Shown here: positions 50,655-64,000 of the stretch, in pieces
Position numbering within the stretch: position 1 is the first letter of the stretch
How the letters are laid out: each line of letters starts with the position of its first letter
Assembly: GCA_951406725.2 (NCBI GenBank)
Contig: OX597834.1
Span: 11,408,001 to 11,472,000, forward strand
DNA from: Octopus vulgaris
Lineage: Eukaryota
Reading direction: 5' to 3'
DNA: 64,000 nt
Program-made: the position numbers and the translations under genes
Notes under the pieces: model-generated
Told to the model about the DNA's origin: nothing
Databases searched by the model: none
Seen by the model: only the letters and a program-made list of their open reading frames with translations

Positions 50655-50752
50655 CTTGTTTTATATCTATTCCTGAGCGCCATACTAATACAATTGTTTG
50701 TTTGTACTCCACCTGCCTTCGTATTTTGTTTATTTTCGTAAAGCTTCCCGTT

Positions 50753-51530
50753 ATATATATATATGTATGTATGTATGTATATATGTATGTGTATGTATGT
50801 ATGTGTATGTATGTATATAGGTATACGTATGTATGTATATATATATATATACGTATGTATGTATATGTATGTATATATGTATATACGTATGTATGTATAT
50901 GTATGTATATATGTATATACGTATGTATGTATATGTATGTATATATGTATATACGTATGTATGTATGTATATGTATGTATATATGTATATACGTATGTAT
51001 ATATGTATGTATGTGTATATATGTATGTATGTGTATATATGTACGTATGTGTATATATGTATGTATGTGTATATATATGTACGTATGTGTATATATGTAC
51101 GTATGTGTATATATGTACGTATGTGTATATATGTACGTATGTATATATGTGTATATATGTACGTATGTATATATGTGTATATATGTACGTATGTATATAT
51201 ATGTACATATATGTACGTATGTATATATATGTACATATATGTACGTATGTATATATATGTACATATATGTACGTATGTATATATATGTACATATATGTAC
51301 GTATGTATATATATGTACATATATGTACGTATGTATATATATGAACATATATGTACGTACATATATGTACGTATGTATATATATGAACATATATGTACGT
51401 ACATATGCGTATGTATATATATGTACGTACATATACGTATGTATATATATGTACGTACATATGTATATATGTATTTATATGTATGTGCATATATATGTGT
51501 ATAAATGTGTATATATGTATGTGCATGTAT
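50753..51530. repeat. Complex (TATG/TACG/TA)n satellite
   Basis: Read directly; it is the source of the 200-336 aa Y/I/H/T pseudo-ORFs. Confidence 0.95.
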
Positions 51531-51973
51531 ACCTATGATTATATATAATATGCGACCTGATGCAAAAACTATGGATTAAGTTAGAGAACTTGTATGAAAC
51601 AGGGATGAAAGTAGAATTGAAAAATTGTTAGGATAGGAAATAGTTTCAGAACATGTTGAGTTACTTAGAGATTAAGTGTTATAAGGAATTACAAGAACAA
51701 ATGTAAACAACTAATACACATTCTTCTATAGAAGTTAATGTTAGAAAGGAGAAAATATTACATAAAATATCATGCAATCACAATTTGAGTTTGATATTGT
51801 AATTTTTTTTAAATCAACAAACAAATTTACGAGTATATATGTTTTTTTTTTTTTTTTTTACTTAAGTTAATGCACATTAAAAATGAAAAGAGAAAGAAAG
51901 ACAATATATAGAAAGAAGTGGAAAAAATAATTAAGATTTAAAAAGAAAGAAAAATAAAATAACAAACCATGAA

Positions 51974-52004
<31 letters not shown>

Positions 52005-52138
52005 CGAATTAATCGCATGCAGAAAGCTCAATGCAAAGTCACTAAAATGTTAGAAATGCAATAACTACAGTGATATATTATTTCTACAGTGAATATATAT
52101 ATATATATAAGTATATATATATATATATATTGTATATA

Positions 52139-52191
<53 letters not shown>

Positions 52192-52502
52192 GTCGTTTGA
52201 AAGAGGAGGAATGCATGCGAAATGTTAGTTTTAAAATAAAATATTAATAAAACAATTATTTTCGATATATGTCTGAAGTTGAAAATTACAGAAGAATCAA
52301 ATAAGAAGAGAAAGCAAAACATCTCTTCTTTCAAATCATTCCAATAAGTATGTTCTTAGTTTCTAGTGTAGGAAAAAAAATAAATGAAAAAAATAAACAG
52401 TAAATATAAATCCATGTATTTTAAAATATTAATATAATAAAATAATACAATAAAAGAATGTAATTTGATCGATATATAAAAGTGTGTATATATAAAAGTG
52501 TA

Positions 52503-52542
<40 letters not shown>

Positions 52543-53741
52543 TATATAAATAAAGTCTGTGAGTGTATATGTATAACCTGTAGCAACGTGTAGTAAATAT
52601 ATAATGTAATATATATGCATAAAAGTGTTTGAAAATAAAATGTCGTAATAATCGCCACATATAACTTAATATTATTTTTAATAATGTTATTAGAAAAGCG
52701 AAAAGGAAAAGAATTGAAGTGCCATGCATAGGAATAAAAAAGGAAAGCCTTACAACAATTAATACGACAACAACATGCATAACTATAATGTGTTTTTTGT
52801 ATTTAATTTAATATTTTTTAGAGTGTTTTATTTTTTGGTTTCCTAAAACGTCAGACAATCTATATTATTAGCTCTCTATGATACTAACATTTCGTTCGTG
52901 CTATTAAAGTTTTTATCACTATGTTTTAATATTTAAAATTAGCTTTAAATTTATTAATATATTTCATTTATCCGGAGGAAAATATTATTTTTATATATGT
53001 AAGATATATATTTATATATATATATATATATATATACTAAATTTATATTTTGTAATTTAATAATATATAAAATATCCTGAACATCAGATATGAGTCTTTA
53101 TCGAAAGAAATGGTTTCAATTGAATTTATAAAATTTTTGTGATACTCTTAACAATTACAACACTCTTCCTTATAGTTCTTGCTAGTGTTCAAAGCGGAAT
53201 CTGAGAATTCCATGTTAGAAGGAATGGCATTTAACCAGGTGAAGAGCGGAATATTATACGGATTCTCTGTTAAGATATTGGATATTGGTTTAGTGATTAT
53301 ATGTGTTTGAATCAGATTTTTTCTGATTTTATTTTACTATAAATATATAATTCTGTCGACCATTTCAATGATTGTTTTAAGAGTCAGGAACCGTTGATTA
53401 TTAACAACCCGTTCGTCCCTTACATCAACACCTATCATTTTTTATATGTCGATCTTTTAATCTGTCTATTCTGACCATGGACATAGACAAGTTTCAACAG
53501 TTTAAAAGCTATCTTAATCGTATCAAAACTTGCTATTATGCTCGTCCCATTTGAAATTCTCATAGTCCCCTACATTGAGAAAACCGGTTTCAAGGATTAC
53601 TCCAGTTTGCTATAACGTAGTTCTCCCTAAGACTGTTGCCATACTGGGGCACAAGAAAAAATAACTTTATTTTAGTTTTAGAGGTGGGAGGCCTGAAACC
53701 TTTGTGAAGAGGGTTTATTCGATTACATCGACTTCAGTGTT

Positions 53742-54085
53742 TATCTATCTATCTATCTATCTTTCTATCCCTATCTATCTATCTATCTTTCTATCCCTAT
53801 CTATCTATCTATCTTTCTATCCCTATCTATCTATCTATCTTTCTATCTATCTTTCTATCCCTATCTATCCATCCATCTATCTATCCCTATCTATCCATCT
53901 TTCTATCCCTATCTATCCATCCATCTATCTATCTATCTATCCCTATCTATCCATCTTTCTATCCCTATCTATCCATCCATCTATCTATCTATCTATCCAT
54001 CTTCCCTATCTATCCCTATCTATCCATCCATCTATCTATCTATCTATCCATCTATCTATCCATCCATCTATCTATCTTTCTATCC

Positions 54086-54123
<38 letters not shown>

Positions 54124-54317
54124 ATCCCTATCTATCCATCCATCTATCTATCTATCTATCCATCTTTCTATCCCTATCTATCCATCCATCCATCTATCTT
54201 TCTATCCCTATCTATCCATCCATCCATCTATCTTTCTATCCCTATCTATCCATCCATCCATCCATCTATCTATCTATCCCTATCTATCCATCTTTCTATC
54301 TATCCATCCATCTATCA
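53742..54317. repeat. (ATCT/ATCC)n-derived minisatellite
   Basis: Repeats of CTATCCCTATCTATCCATC and variants. Confidence 0.95.
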
Positions 54318-54505
54318 TTTGTTAATCTAAAAGTATTAAAAAAAAATAAGCTACTTCGTAGTTATAAAAATCTGCGTATATATGCATATCTATCCCAATT
54401 TTTGCCTGTGAATGAGATTTATTTTATGATATCGCTTGGCTTTTATCTTCCCTAGAACTCAGTAAGGAATACACCACTTAGCATAAACGCACTCAGAAGC
54501 TAATA

Positions 54506-54546
<41 letters not shown>

Positions 54547-55119
54547 AGCATCTGTCCTTTCAGAAGATTGACATATTCTTGTGAGATGTTCTCCCCAAAC
54601 ATATCGTAAATCTATTTTTACCCTATTCGAGCCTCCCTATACTGAAGCGAGTGGGCCTGTAGGGAGTATTTTCAAAAAAGCTTTTTTTCAGCGATTTCAG
54701 TAATGAATATCTTTTAGGTGTTATGTTGTTGTCTTGTACGGATTAGAACATCTAGCGCACAGAGAGACACACATACACACATTTAAATACACACCCACGA
54801 ACACGTATATAATATGTATATGAATGAGAGGGGCAGCTGTGGTTTCAAAAATATTCACACGTTTCATCTGATATTGCTATTTTTATTCTAAGTGGCCTAA
54901 CTGCGCTGCAGGAAGAACGAATAGGGAATATTTTTATGCGGTATTGTCATGTAATGATGTCAGTAATAAGTCAGTATTCGCCTGATAGCTATTAAAATGC
55001 CACTCAAGAACAATATCAATAACAATCGTTTTTCACATAGATGGAAGGCCACAATATTTGGCTGTGGAACAGTCAATTAAATTACCCTCATTACTAAAAT
55101 GGTACTACTTTATTTCTTC

Positions 55120-55780
55120 TAAGGCGATGAACTAGCAGAAACGTTAACACACCGGGCGAAATACTTAGCGGCATTTTGTCTGCCGCTACGTTCTGAGTTT
55201 AAATTCCGCCGAGGTCGACTTTGCCTTTCATCCTTTCGGAGCCGATTAAATAAGTACCAGTTACGCGCTGGGGTCGATATAATCGACTTAATCCGTTTGT
55301 TCTCTCTGTGTTTAGCCCCTCGTGGGTAGTAAAGAAATAGGTATTTCATCTGGTTTTATAAAGGCAGCGAGCTGGCAGAATCGTTAGCAACCGGGCGAAA
55401 TACTTAGCGGTATTTTGTCTGCTGCTACGTTCTGAGTTCAAATTCCGCCGAGTTCGACCTTACCATTCATCCTTTCGGGGTCGATTAAATAGGTACCAGT
55501 TACGCACTGGGGTCGATATAATCGACTTAACCCGTTTGTCTGTCCTTGTTTGTCCTCTGTGTGTTTAGCCCCCTGTGGGTAGTAAAGAAATAGGTATTTC
55601 GTCTGCCGCTACGTTCTGAGTTCAAATTCCGCCACGGTCGACTTTGCATTGGATCCTTTCGTGGTCGATTAAATAAGTACCAGTTACGCACTGGCGTCGA
55701 TATAATCGACTTAATCCGTTTGTCTGTCCTTTTCTGTCCTCTCTGTGTTTAGCCCCTTGTGGGTAGTAAAGAAATAGGTA
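55120..55780 (+). mobile_element. SINE family B array (monomer, then a head plus two units)
   Basis: Heads at 55120 and 55361; the unit restarts at 55593. Confidence 0.9.
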
Positions 55781-55967
55781 CTACATTATTTCTTCTAATG
55801 CAAAGATGGAAAGCAACAATGGCTCCGGTGGTATCTTATTTTTAGAATGTAAACAGAGCTAAACAGGGCCTGCATTGCGTTGTATCGACTTTACCATACA
55901 ACCCTATCAACAGTTATAATAATTTTGTGTGAGACGTATAGTTACTTTGTTATATGGAAACGTAACA

Positions 55968-56360
55968 CTCTTTTGCTTCTTTCAGTCATTTGACTGCGGT
56001 CATGCTGAAGCACCGCCTTTAGTCGAGCAAATGGACCCCAGGAGTTATTCTTTGTAAGCCTAGGACTTATTCTATCGTTCTCTTTTGCCGAACCGCTAAT
56101 TTACGGGGACGTAAATACAACAGCATCGGTTGTCAAGCGACAGTGGGGGAACAAACAGACGCACACACACACATATATATATATATACATATATATATAT
56201 ATGCAACGGGCTCCTTTCAGTTTCCGTCTACCAAATCCACTCACAAAGATTTGGTCGGTCCGAGGTTGTAGTAGAAGACACTCGCCCAAAGTGCCACGTA
56301 GTGGGACTGAATCCGGAATCATGTGGTTCGTAAGCAAGCTACTTACCACACAGCCGCTCC
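55968..56360 (-). mobile_element. SINE family A
   Basis: Reverse-complement consensus. Confidence 0.85.
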
Positions 56361-58187
56361 TCTCGATTATATTGAATATATGATCTGGTTGGAACTTATC
56401 TTATCCAAGCTACAAGATGATATTTAATTATGGAGGATTCATAGTTACAATGTAAGGAAACAACGATGAAAGCGGAATTTATTTTGTGACATATTCACGG
56501 TTCGACGTAGCAGTCCGCTTTATAATAATAGTTACAAAATTTGGCACAAGGCCAGCAATACTGAGGGGATAAATCAATTAAATTGACTGGACTGGTACTT
56601 ATTTCATCGAAGTCGGAAGGATGAGCGGTACAGTCAATCCCGGTGGTATTTGAACTCAGAATGTTAAGTTGGAAGAAATGCTAATAATTTTGCTTGGCGC
56701 GGTAACGATTCTGCCAGCTCGCTGCCTTTGTCAGGGATATAATAATATAAAGGCAATGTAAATAATGTTGAATGATATCGAACGTGGGTGCTAGGCCACA
56801 AGCTTTTTTTTTTTTGTTAGGAAGTATGAATGGAGTTGTTCAAGTGGACTACCCAGTACTTGGCCGATACTTTATTTGATCAAACCTTGGATAATGGATG
56901 ATATAATCTAGTTGATCTCACGTGATTAAGCTTACAAGCTAGTGGAACATAATAAAATATTTCAGAATCAGAAAATCAGAATGTTTAGATTCCACAGTTA
57001 ATTAATTTCTTTGAATCATTCAAAATTTTCCATTCACAAAAATACCCAATGATCTCCAAAAGCTATTCAAATGCTTTGATACATTGATGCATTCATAGTA
57101 CTACCGTTTCTTTATCCTTTCGCTGATATAATATTGGCTCAGTTTATTTCGCTAAATTAGATGATACTGGTCATCAAAAATGAAAAACATTTTATTCATT
57201 AACTCCCAAAACTAATGGCAACTAAATCGAATTTCGATACAACCTGTAATCGAATCATTTAGTTAATATTCATATTAGAGGAATGCATTCGTTTATATAT
57301 TAGCTGAAACGAATAAAAGAAACATTTGATATCATTGCCTGGTATGCCGTGTGCTGAATGTGTGTTATATTCTATACCTGCGACATTTGAAGCGAGTGTG
57401 GTCGTAAAGAAGAATTTGTTAAACACACTCGAGTGTCAGGTGGTAGTTTTTATCCAAGATATGAAATATTAGACAAATGCTCACACACACATACAAACAC
57501 ATAATCTAAGCCAACTATCGAATAACAAAAAAAAAAAAAAAGAAATACTCCTACGTTCTCGCACACACACATGTAAATATACATAGTAATAATCTCATAC
57601 AATCATAGCATAACGAACAAACAAAAGAAATTGTATAAAACAATTCTTTGTTCCACGAACGAATTTGCTAGAATCAAATATCTTCCGTGTTCAGAGCCAT
57701 CATCCCATTCTACATATATATATATATATATATGTGTGTGTTTGTTTGTTAATGTATGTATGTAAACATGAGTATATATGAATATGCATACATATATATA
57801 TATGTATATATATATGCATGCATGCATCCATGTATGTATACACACGTTTTAATGCATCGTATCCCTTTCCATGCTGTATATTATGGCATCGTCATTAAGA
57901 GAAACCTAATGCTAATCAGGAATGAGAAATTGCAATAAGTAATCTATCTTACAAAATTATATTTAATTCAATACAGTGATATAAATAAGTGCCGTATCAA
58001 TTAGCTATAATTACCAAGAACATCTCCAATGAAATATAATAAGGATTGCATGAGAAATACGTTATATTTCTGGTTCAAAATGCAAATATCTTCCAACTAT
58101 CTCCATTCTGCTGCTACTACAAAATGTTGCTTTAAAAAATGCCAATTAGATATACTTCTGTTTATTATTATGAATACTGACATAAAT

Positions 58188-58351
58188 AGGCGCAGGAGTG
58201 GCTGTGTGGTAAGTAGCTTGTTTACCAACCACATGGTTCCGGGTTCAGTCCCACTGCGTGGCACCTTGGGCAAGTGTCTTCTACTATAGCCTCGGGCCGA
58301 CCAAAGCCCTGTGAGTGGATTTGGTAGACGGAAACTGAAAGAAGCCCGTCG

Positions 58352-58388
<37 letters not shown>

Positions 58389-58610
58389 TTATGTGTTTGT
58401 GTGTCTGTGTTTGTCCCCCTAGCATTGCTTGACAACCGATGCTGGTGTGTTTACGTCCCCGTTACTTAGCGGTTCGGCAAAAGAGACCGATAGAATAAGT
58501 ACTAGGCTTACAAAAGAATAAGTCCCGGGGTCGAGTTGCTCGATTAAAGGCGGTGCTCCAGCATGGCCGCAGTCAGATGACTGAAACAAGTAAAAGAGAG
58601 TAAAGAGTAA
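58188..58610 (+). mobile_element. SINE family A, full length and close to consensus
   Basis: AGGCGCAGGAGTGGCTGTGTGG...CTGAAACAAGTAAAAGAG. Confidence 0.9.
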
Positions 58611-61057
58611 ATAACTGGAATTAAACCCTATATATTGTATGTAATTCGTTAGAATATGCCTCGCTGCTCTTTATCTCTCCTCCTGGACACTTAATTGGCT
58701 GAGATGGTCGAAATGTTTCAGTTTATAGGTTTAACATTTTTATTATATTTCATCAGGATGTTGCTCTGAAGTCAATGATATAAGGGGCTAAGAAGAATTT
58801 CAACGTGAGCTGATCAAGGGGGGAATAGAAATTAATATCATAAGCTTTGATCAACCTTACAGTCAAGTGGCGTCTCAAATTGAAATGGCGACAATTCCCA
58901 AGGTTCCTTTCTTCTGAAGCACTTTGACCAGGAGTGTTGCGATATAGGCACTAATACAAAATATGACTGTAGATGTTTATCCGGGTGTTATTACCAGGAT
59001 GTATCCCGGACCTACAATAGTTAAGGGCCGGAACACTTGTGTGAGAGGAGTTTCTCACTAGATCGTGATAACTTGAGGACAATGAGCTATCTTTAGTATA
59101 CGGTGAAATTGTTTAAGCAGCAAAGTAAAGGCAATAATTAATATCATAAAGCCAACTGGAAATGTCGAAATGAACCCCAATTTTGCGGTTGGCCGACGTT
59201 CGGTGCCACACCTGGATATGGCCTGGACCTCTTAGAGTTTAAGAAGCTCTACCTGGAGTGTCTTACTAACTTGAAGATACTGAGATACCTGAGGTACACA
59301 GTGAAATTGCTTGAAACATAGAGTAAAGGCAATAATTGATATCATAAAGCCAATATGAATTGACAAAATACGATTCAATGAACCAGTTTTCGGTCAGTGG
59401 ACGCAATGTACCACCCCTATTATCAGCAAAATTTTATTTTTAACTACAGGGATTAGTATCATAGTAACAGTTTCGTCGTTTCTCCACAAGAATTTTTGTT
59501 GCTGAAAACATTGTCGTGCTTATGCTATAACTGAATGTCAAACTGTATTTGCCTCAGCACTATAGGAAGGTTTTGCGGGGGCATTGATGCAGTCCCTTGT
59601 CATGTTACGAAATTCAGTGTATTTATAAAAGGAAAAATTGTTTTATGTGTGCAATAGTTAGGAATATAATTTCTATCGTAACGTTTAAATTTAAATATAT
59701 CAGCTTTTTGGGAATAGTTAACAATGGGGATCGACAAATCTTGTTCTTTATAGCCCCTTAACTCTTTAGATCTTTAGTTTTTTGATATCATCACAGTTAA
59801 TATCATGCTGGGACATCGTGACATAATGATTCGTTTTTAGTTTTTAGCATGCATACAATTTATGCAAAGAGAAATATATAACAGATTAAAGCATATATAT
59901 GACATTAACAAATGATATTAGCTTTAATGTACGGTGTTCAGGAATATTTTACATATATACAGAGAAGGTTTTAGCACTTATGGTTTTTAACGAGCAATAA
60001 TTCATTACGCTCTAAGATAATTCATTGTTCTATTTATTTTAACGAAAGATTTATTCCTCCGAGTCTTTAATAATTTACAAAACTTTATAATGTTTTATAA
60101 TTCATTCAATTATGTTAAGCATTTGCTTCCTCTTGATAAACTTTCCTTGAGTTGTATACAATTATTTCATTGTTTCCTACATATGATAACATTAAATTTT
60201 TATCAAATTTGTATTATGTTTTTAGCGAAGCATTTTAAAGATATTAAGGATAAAACTATTTTACATTTTTATTATTGCCTAAGCACCTCGTTGTTTTATT
60301 TTTTTATAAAATTTTAAATGGTATTTAAGTTATCTGTATATACAGCTTATATAATGCAAGTGCTATGCTATCATTGTTATAATAATTATTGTTATTATTA
60401 TTGTAATTATTATTATTATTATTATTTAAATAATAAAACGTTTTGCATTCCAATAAAAGGGAACTTTATCTTAGGAAAATAATTATGCAACACATATATT
60501 GCGAATTTATTAACATTCTCACGTTACTAAATGAATAATCAAATAAGCGATAAAAACTTGATGATGACGGTGATGATAATAATAATAAAGATAATAATAA
60601 CAATAATAATAATAATAATAATAATAATAGCGTTAATAATTAGTATTAATAATGAAGTTCATTCCGCCGCAAATGTGTCAATTTTTATGTTCAATATTAA
60701 GGGAGTAGATATAAATTCTTTCGCTAATGTTTAAGTAAAATAATCGAATAGTATCACATATGCATATATATACATATATATATATATATTATATATGATA
60801 TATATATATATACATATGATGTATATATATATGATATATATATTTGATATATATATATATATATATGATATATATATGATATATATATATGTATGATATA
60901 TATTTGATATATATATATATATGATATATATGATATATATATATATATATATATATATATGGATATATATGCAATTAGTAATAGAGTATAATGTAATATA
61001 ATAGAAGATCAACTGTAATACAACTGAAACATCACACACCACGAGCCGATAACGTAC

Positions 61058-61084
61058 CAAGAGCGTGGTCACTTTCAATGGTTC
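61058..61084 (-). CDS. Kainate-type iGluR, 27-nt microexon encoding the start of S1 (EPLKVTTLL); first exon visible in the window
   Basis: Minus strand reads cttctccttgtcatatttcag|GAA CCA TTG AAA GTG ACC ACG CTC TTG|gtacgt. Phase 0/0; joining to the next exon gives LKVTTLL-EKPYVM, matching the iGluR S1 start (LIVTTILEEPYVM-type). Confidence 0.8.
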
Positions 61085-61789
61085 CTGAAATATGACAAGG
61101 AGAAGAAAGCTTAACAATAATGGTGGACATGATTTTTTTTTTTTTTATAAAGAGAGTGCAGGTAATTACAAATATGGGATGGAGTGTGAACGAGGGAGGG
61201 ATTGATTCCCTGTAGTACAGGTGAGATAAGGAAAATGGACAAGGAAGTGAAAATAAATTGTAACATAATAACAATAACAATAAATAATAATAGTAATTAT
61301 ATGTCAAATAAAAGAGCAGAAAATGGAGGAGAACTAGGTAAAGGGGGAAGAGAAACGGGTAGAGTAGGTGGTGACAAGAAGGTTGCATATATATATATAT
61401 CATGTAACATCATCAGTGTGTAAGGAGTTTTAGAGAAAATTTACTGTGAAAAGAAGCAAATGTACATATAAAAAATATTTACATATAAATACATAAATAA
61501 AACTAGAAACAAATGTAAGTAAAAGGCAATATAAATCTAAAATGATTTCAAATCACAAACACACAAATATTTAACACTTGGTATGGGAGGGACTACAGGG
61601 TTTAAGAGGGACATCAGTATATATATATATAATCTTTACACATACACACATATATATATACGTATATATGTGTGAGTGTGTATTTATATATATATATATA
61701 TACGTACATATATATATTTCTATATGCACATATATGTGTAGGTATATATATATACATACATATATATTTCTATACACACATGTGTACGT

Positions 61790-61820
<31 letters not shown>

Positions 61821-61933
61821 CACGTACATATACATACATACACACACTCACATATGCAGAAGTACCACAGATACATGCACGTACACAAATATTTAAAGTT
61901 TATGTAGATATATGCACACATGCATGCACGAAC

Positions 61934-61980
<47 letters not shown>

Positions 61981-62309
61981 AAGACACTAAAATATACATG
62001 TTTGTACGAACTTTCATATATACAGACACACAAATATACACATATACAAATATACACGAGTAATAATTCCATTGGTTCGAAAACTTCATGATTCCTGAAA
62101 CTGCATTCCCGAACCAAAGTTTATTTTCTGCTCCCATTTTTAGACATTAGTATTTGCAGCTGTTTCTCTTTTTAAATTCACCTTTCGAAAGAAGGTATTA
62201 TTTCACGTTTTCTCGAAGTTTTAAGTTCTGATACATTCAACAATTATTTATATGTGGGCAGTCATCTAAAGGTTTTTGTTCGTCATGATGCTGACATAAG
62301 TTCCTTGTC

Positions 62310-62387
62310 TTTCCTGATAAGGCGGCATAATGCACCCTTTATTCCTTCGGAATTGAGAATATGCAGTCTTCGAAACATGTGTCGAGA
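62310..62387 (+). ncRNA. Decayed hammerhead-like motif followed by AATAAA and (TA)n
   Basis: TTTC-CTGATAA-[GGCGGCATA...TATGCAGTCTTC]-GAAA-CATGTG-TC-GAGA; G8 is lost. Confidence 0.4.
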
Positions 62388-62401
62388 ATAAAGGAATTTT
62401 G

Positions 62402-62436
<35 letters not shown>

Positions 62437-62544
62437 TATATATAGATATATATATATAGATAGATGCATCTGTTTATATATGCGTGTGTGTATATATATA
62501 TATATATAGATATATAGATAGATAGATGCATCTGTTTATATATG

Positions 62545-62576
<32 letters not shown>

Positions 62577-63177
62577 GATAGATAGATAGATAGATGCATC
62601 TGTTTATATATGCGTGTGTGTGTATATATATATATATACATATATATATGTATTACACATATATACACACAGACGCACAAACATAACCAGACACACACAC
62701 ATATGTTAATGATAATAATAAAGATAATAAAAGTTTTCTCCATTTTCTGCTTATTTTAAATATATATTTGTTTGTGTGTGTATAGACATATATGTGTGTG
62801 TGTGTGTGTGTGTGAGAGTGAGAGAGAGAGAGAGAGAGAGAGAAATCTTTACATTCGCTTTCGAAATAAGCATTCACCGGAACCATTAGATTTTTCTTTA
62901 AAGTGCTTCCATGATTATAAGATTATTTATATCATTCGCAACTAATTAAATTAACTCAAATTCGTCAGCATTTTCCCTTAGAATCTTTTACTCTTAAAAT
63001 GCTATTCCCAATGAATCATGTTGAGAAAAAACGTGTAAATAATAAGGTGTACCGGTTGAGTTACCGGTACAATGATTCAGTTTACCTATATTCACCCACA
63101 ATAAATATGCTTATGATATCCATGCGAGATCGAACCTGGATCCGGATTGCTTCTGTATTTATATATTTGTGTGCATA

Positions 63178-63226
<49 letters not shown>

Positions 63227-63319
63227 CCAAGTATATATGCCCACACACACACACACATACATACATATGTATGTGTACAAACACAAACATAAATATATAT
63301 ATATATATAGTTTGTGTTT

Positions 63320-63407
<88 letters not shown>

Positions 63408-63485
63408 ATATATGTATGCATATATGCCTCTGTGTGTGCATGTGTATATATATCTGTGTGTGTGTGTGTGTACATATGCTTGTGA

Positions 63486-63795
63486 AGGCGTATGGCTCAG
63501 TGGTTAGGGCATCGAGCTTGAGATTTTGGACTGGATTGCGTGTTGTGTTCTTGAGCAAGACACTTTATTTCACGTTGCTCCAATTCACTCAGCTGTAGAA
63601 ATGAGTTGTGCCGTCACAGGTGACCAGCTGTATCGGCCCCTTTGCCTTTCTCTTGGATAACACTGGTGGCGTGGAGAGGGGAGGCCGGTATGCATGGGCG
63701 ACTGCTGGTCTTGCATAAATAAACTTGCCCGGACTTGTACCTGAGAGGTTAACTTTCTAGGTGCACTCCCTTTGTCAGTGATGACTGAAGGGTGT
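63486..63795 (+). mobile_element. SINE family D
   Basis: Homologous to 34402-34738. Confidence 0.85.
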
Positions 63796-64000
63796 CTCTC
63801 TACATATGCTTGAGAAGATGCTTTATCCCTTATCTTTTCATTACACTACATATATAAATGCAAATAGAGGGATTCGAAGGCTCAACTTTTAATCCATTTA
63901 CCACGATCTATTGATATATATTAAGGCATAAGTAACAAAAATAATCCTTTCTTATATAGGTACAAGGCCTGAAATTTGGGGGAGGGGGACTAGTCAATTA

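Noticed and set aside
50516-51538. Long ORFs (up to 336 aa) rich in Y/I/H/T/M/C/V, here and throughout the window
   Set aside because: They are translations of (TA)n, (CA)n and (TATG)n repeats, which lack stops in several frames; there is no protein-like complexity.
62010-62137. Possible signal-peptide exon MKFSNQWNYYSCIFVYVYICVSVYMK
   Set aside because: The hydrophobicity comes from TG/TA microsatellite-like sequence and the donor (gttcgt) is weak.
63082-63155. Possible upstream exon MDIISIFIVG with gtgaat/gtaaac donors
   Set aside because: The donor phases (1 and 2) do not match the phase-0 microexon, and there is no pyrimidine tract.

Overview
AT-rich, microsatellite-saturated animal DNA. 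The repeat complement looks like a coleoid cephalopod (probably Octopus), which is an inference. The window holds the 3' part of one minus-strand kainate-type ionotropic glutamate receptor gene. Six coding exons splice in frame with GT-AG boundaries: 61058-61084 (27-nt microexon), 27680-27877, 12556-13116, 10498-10723, 8084-8355 and 1656-1955. Together they give 527 aa covering S1, M1-M3 (genomic Q at the Q/R site), S2, M4 and the C-tail; the signal peptide and ATD are not in the window. The introns carry four tRNA-derived SINE families, decayed CR1, R4/Dong-type, mariner and Penelope-like fragments, and many mini/microsatellites. Nearly all other entries in the ORF track are microsatellite or SINE artefacts. 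The most unusual signal is about nine hammerhead-ribozyme-like motifs with non-canonical cores (A3-U8 covariation, U4C, A6U, an extra A after A9). They sit in short (TA)n-associated elements, some folded back into long hairpins and some nested inside SINEs. None has been tested for activity.
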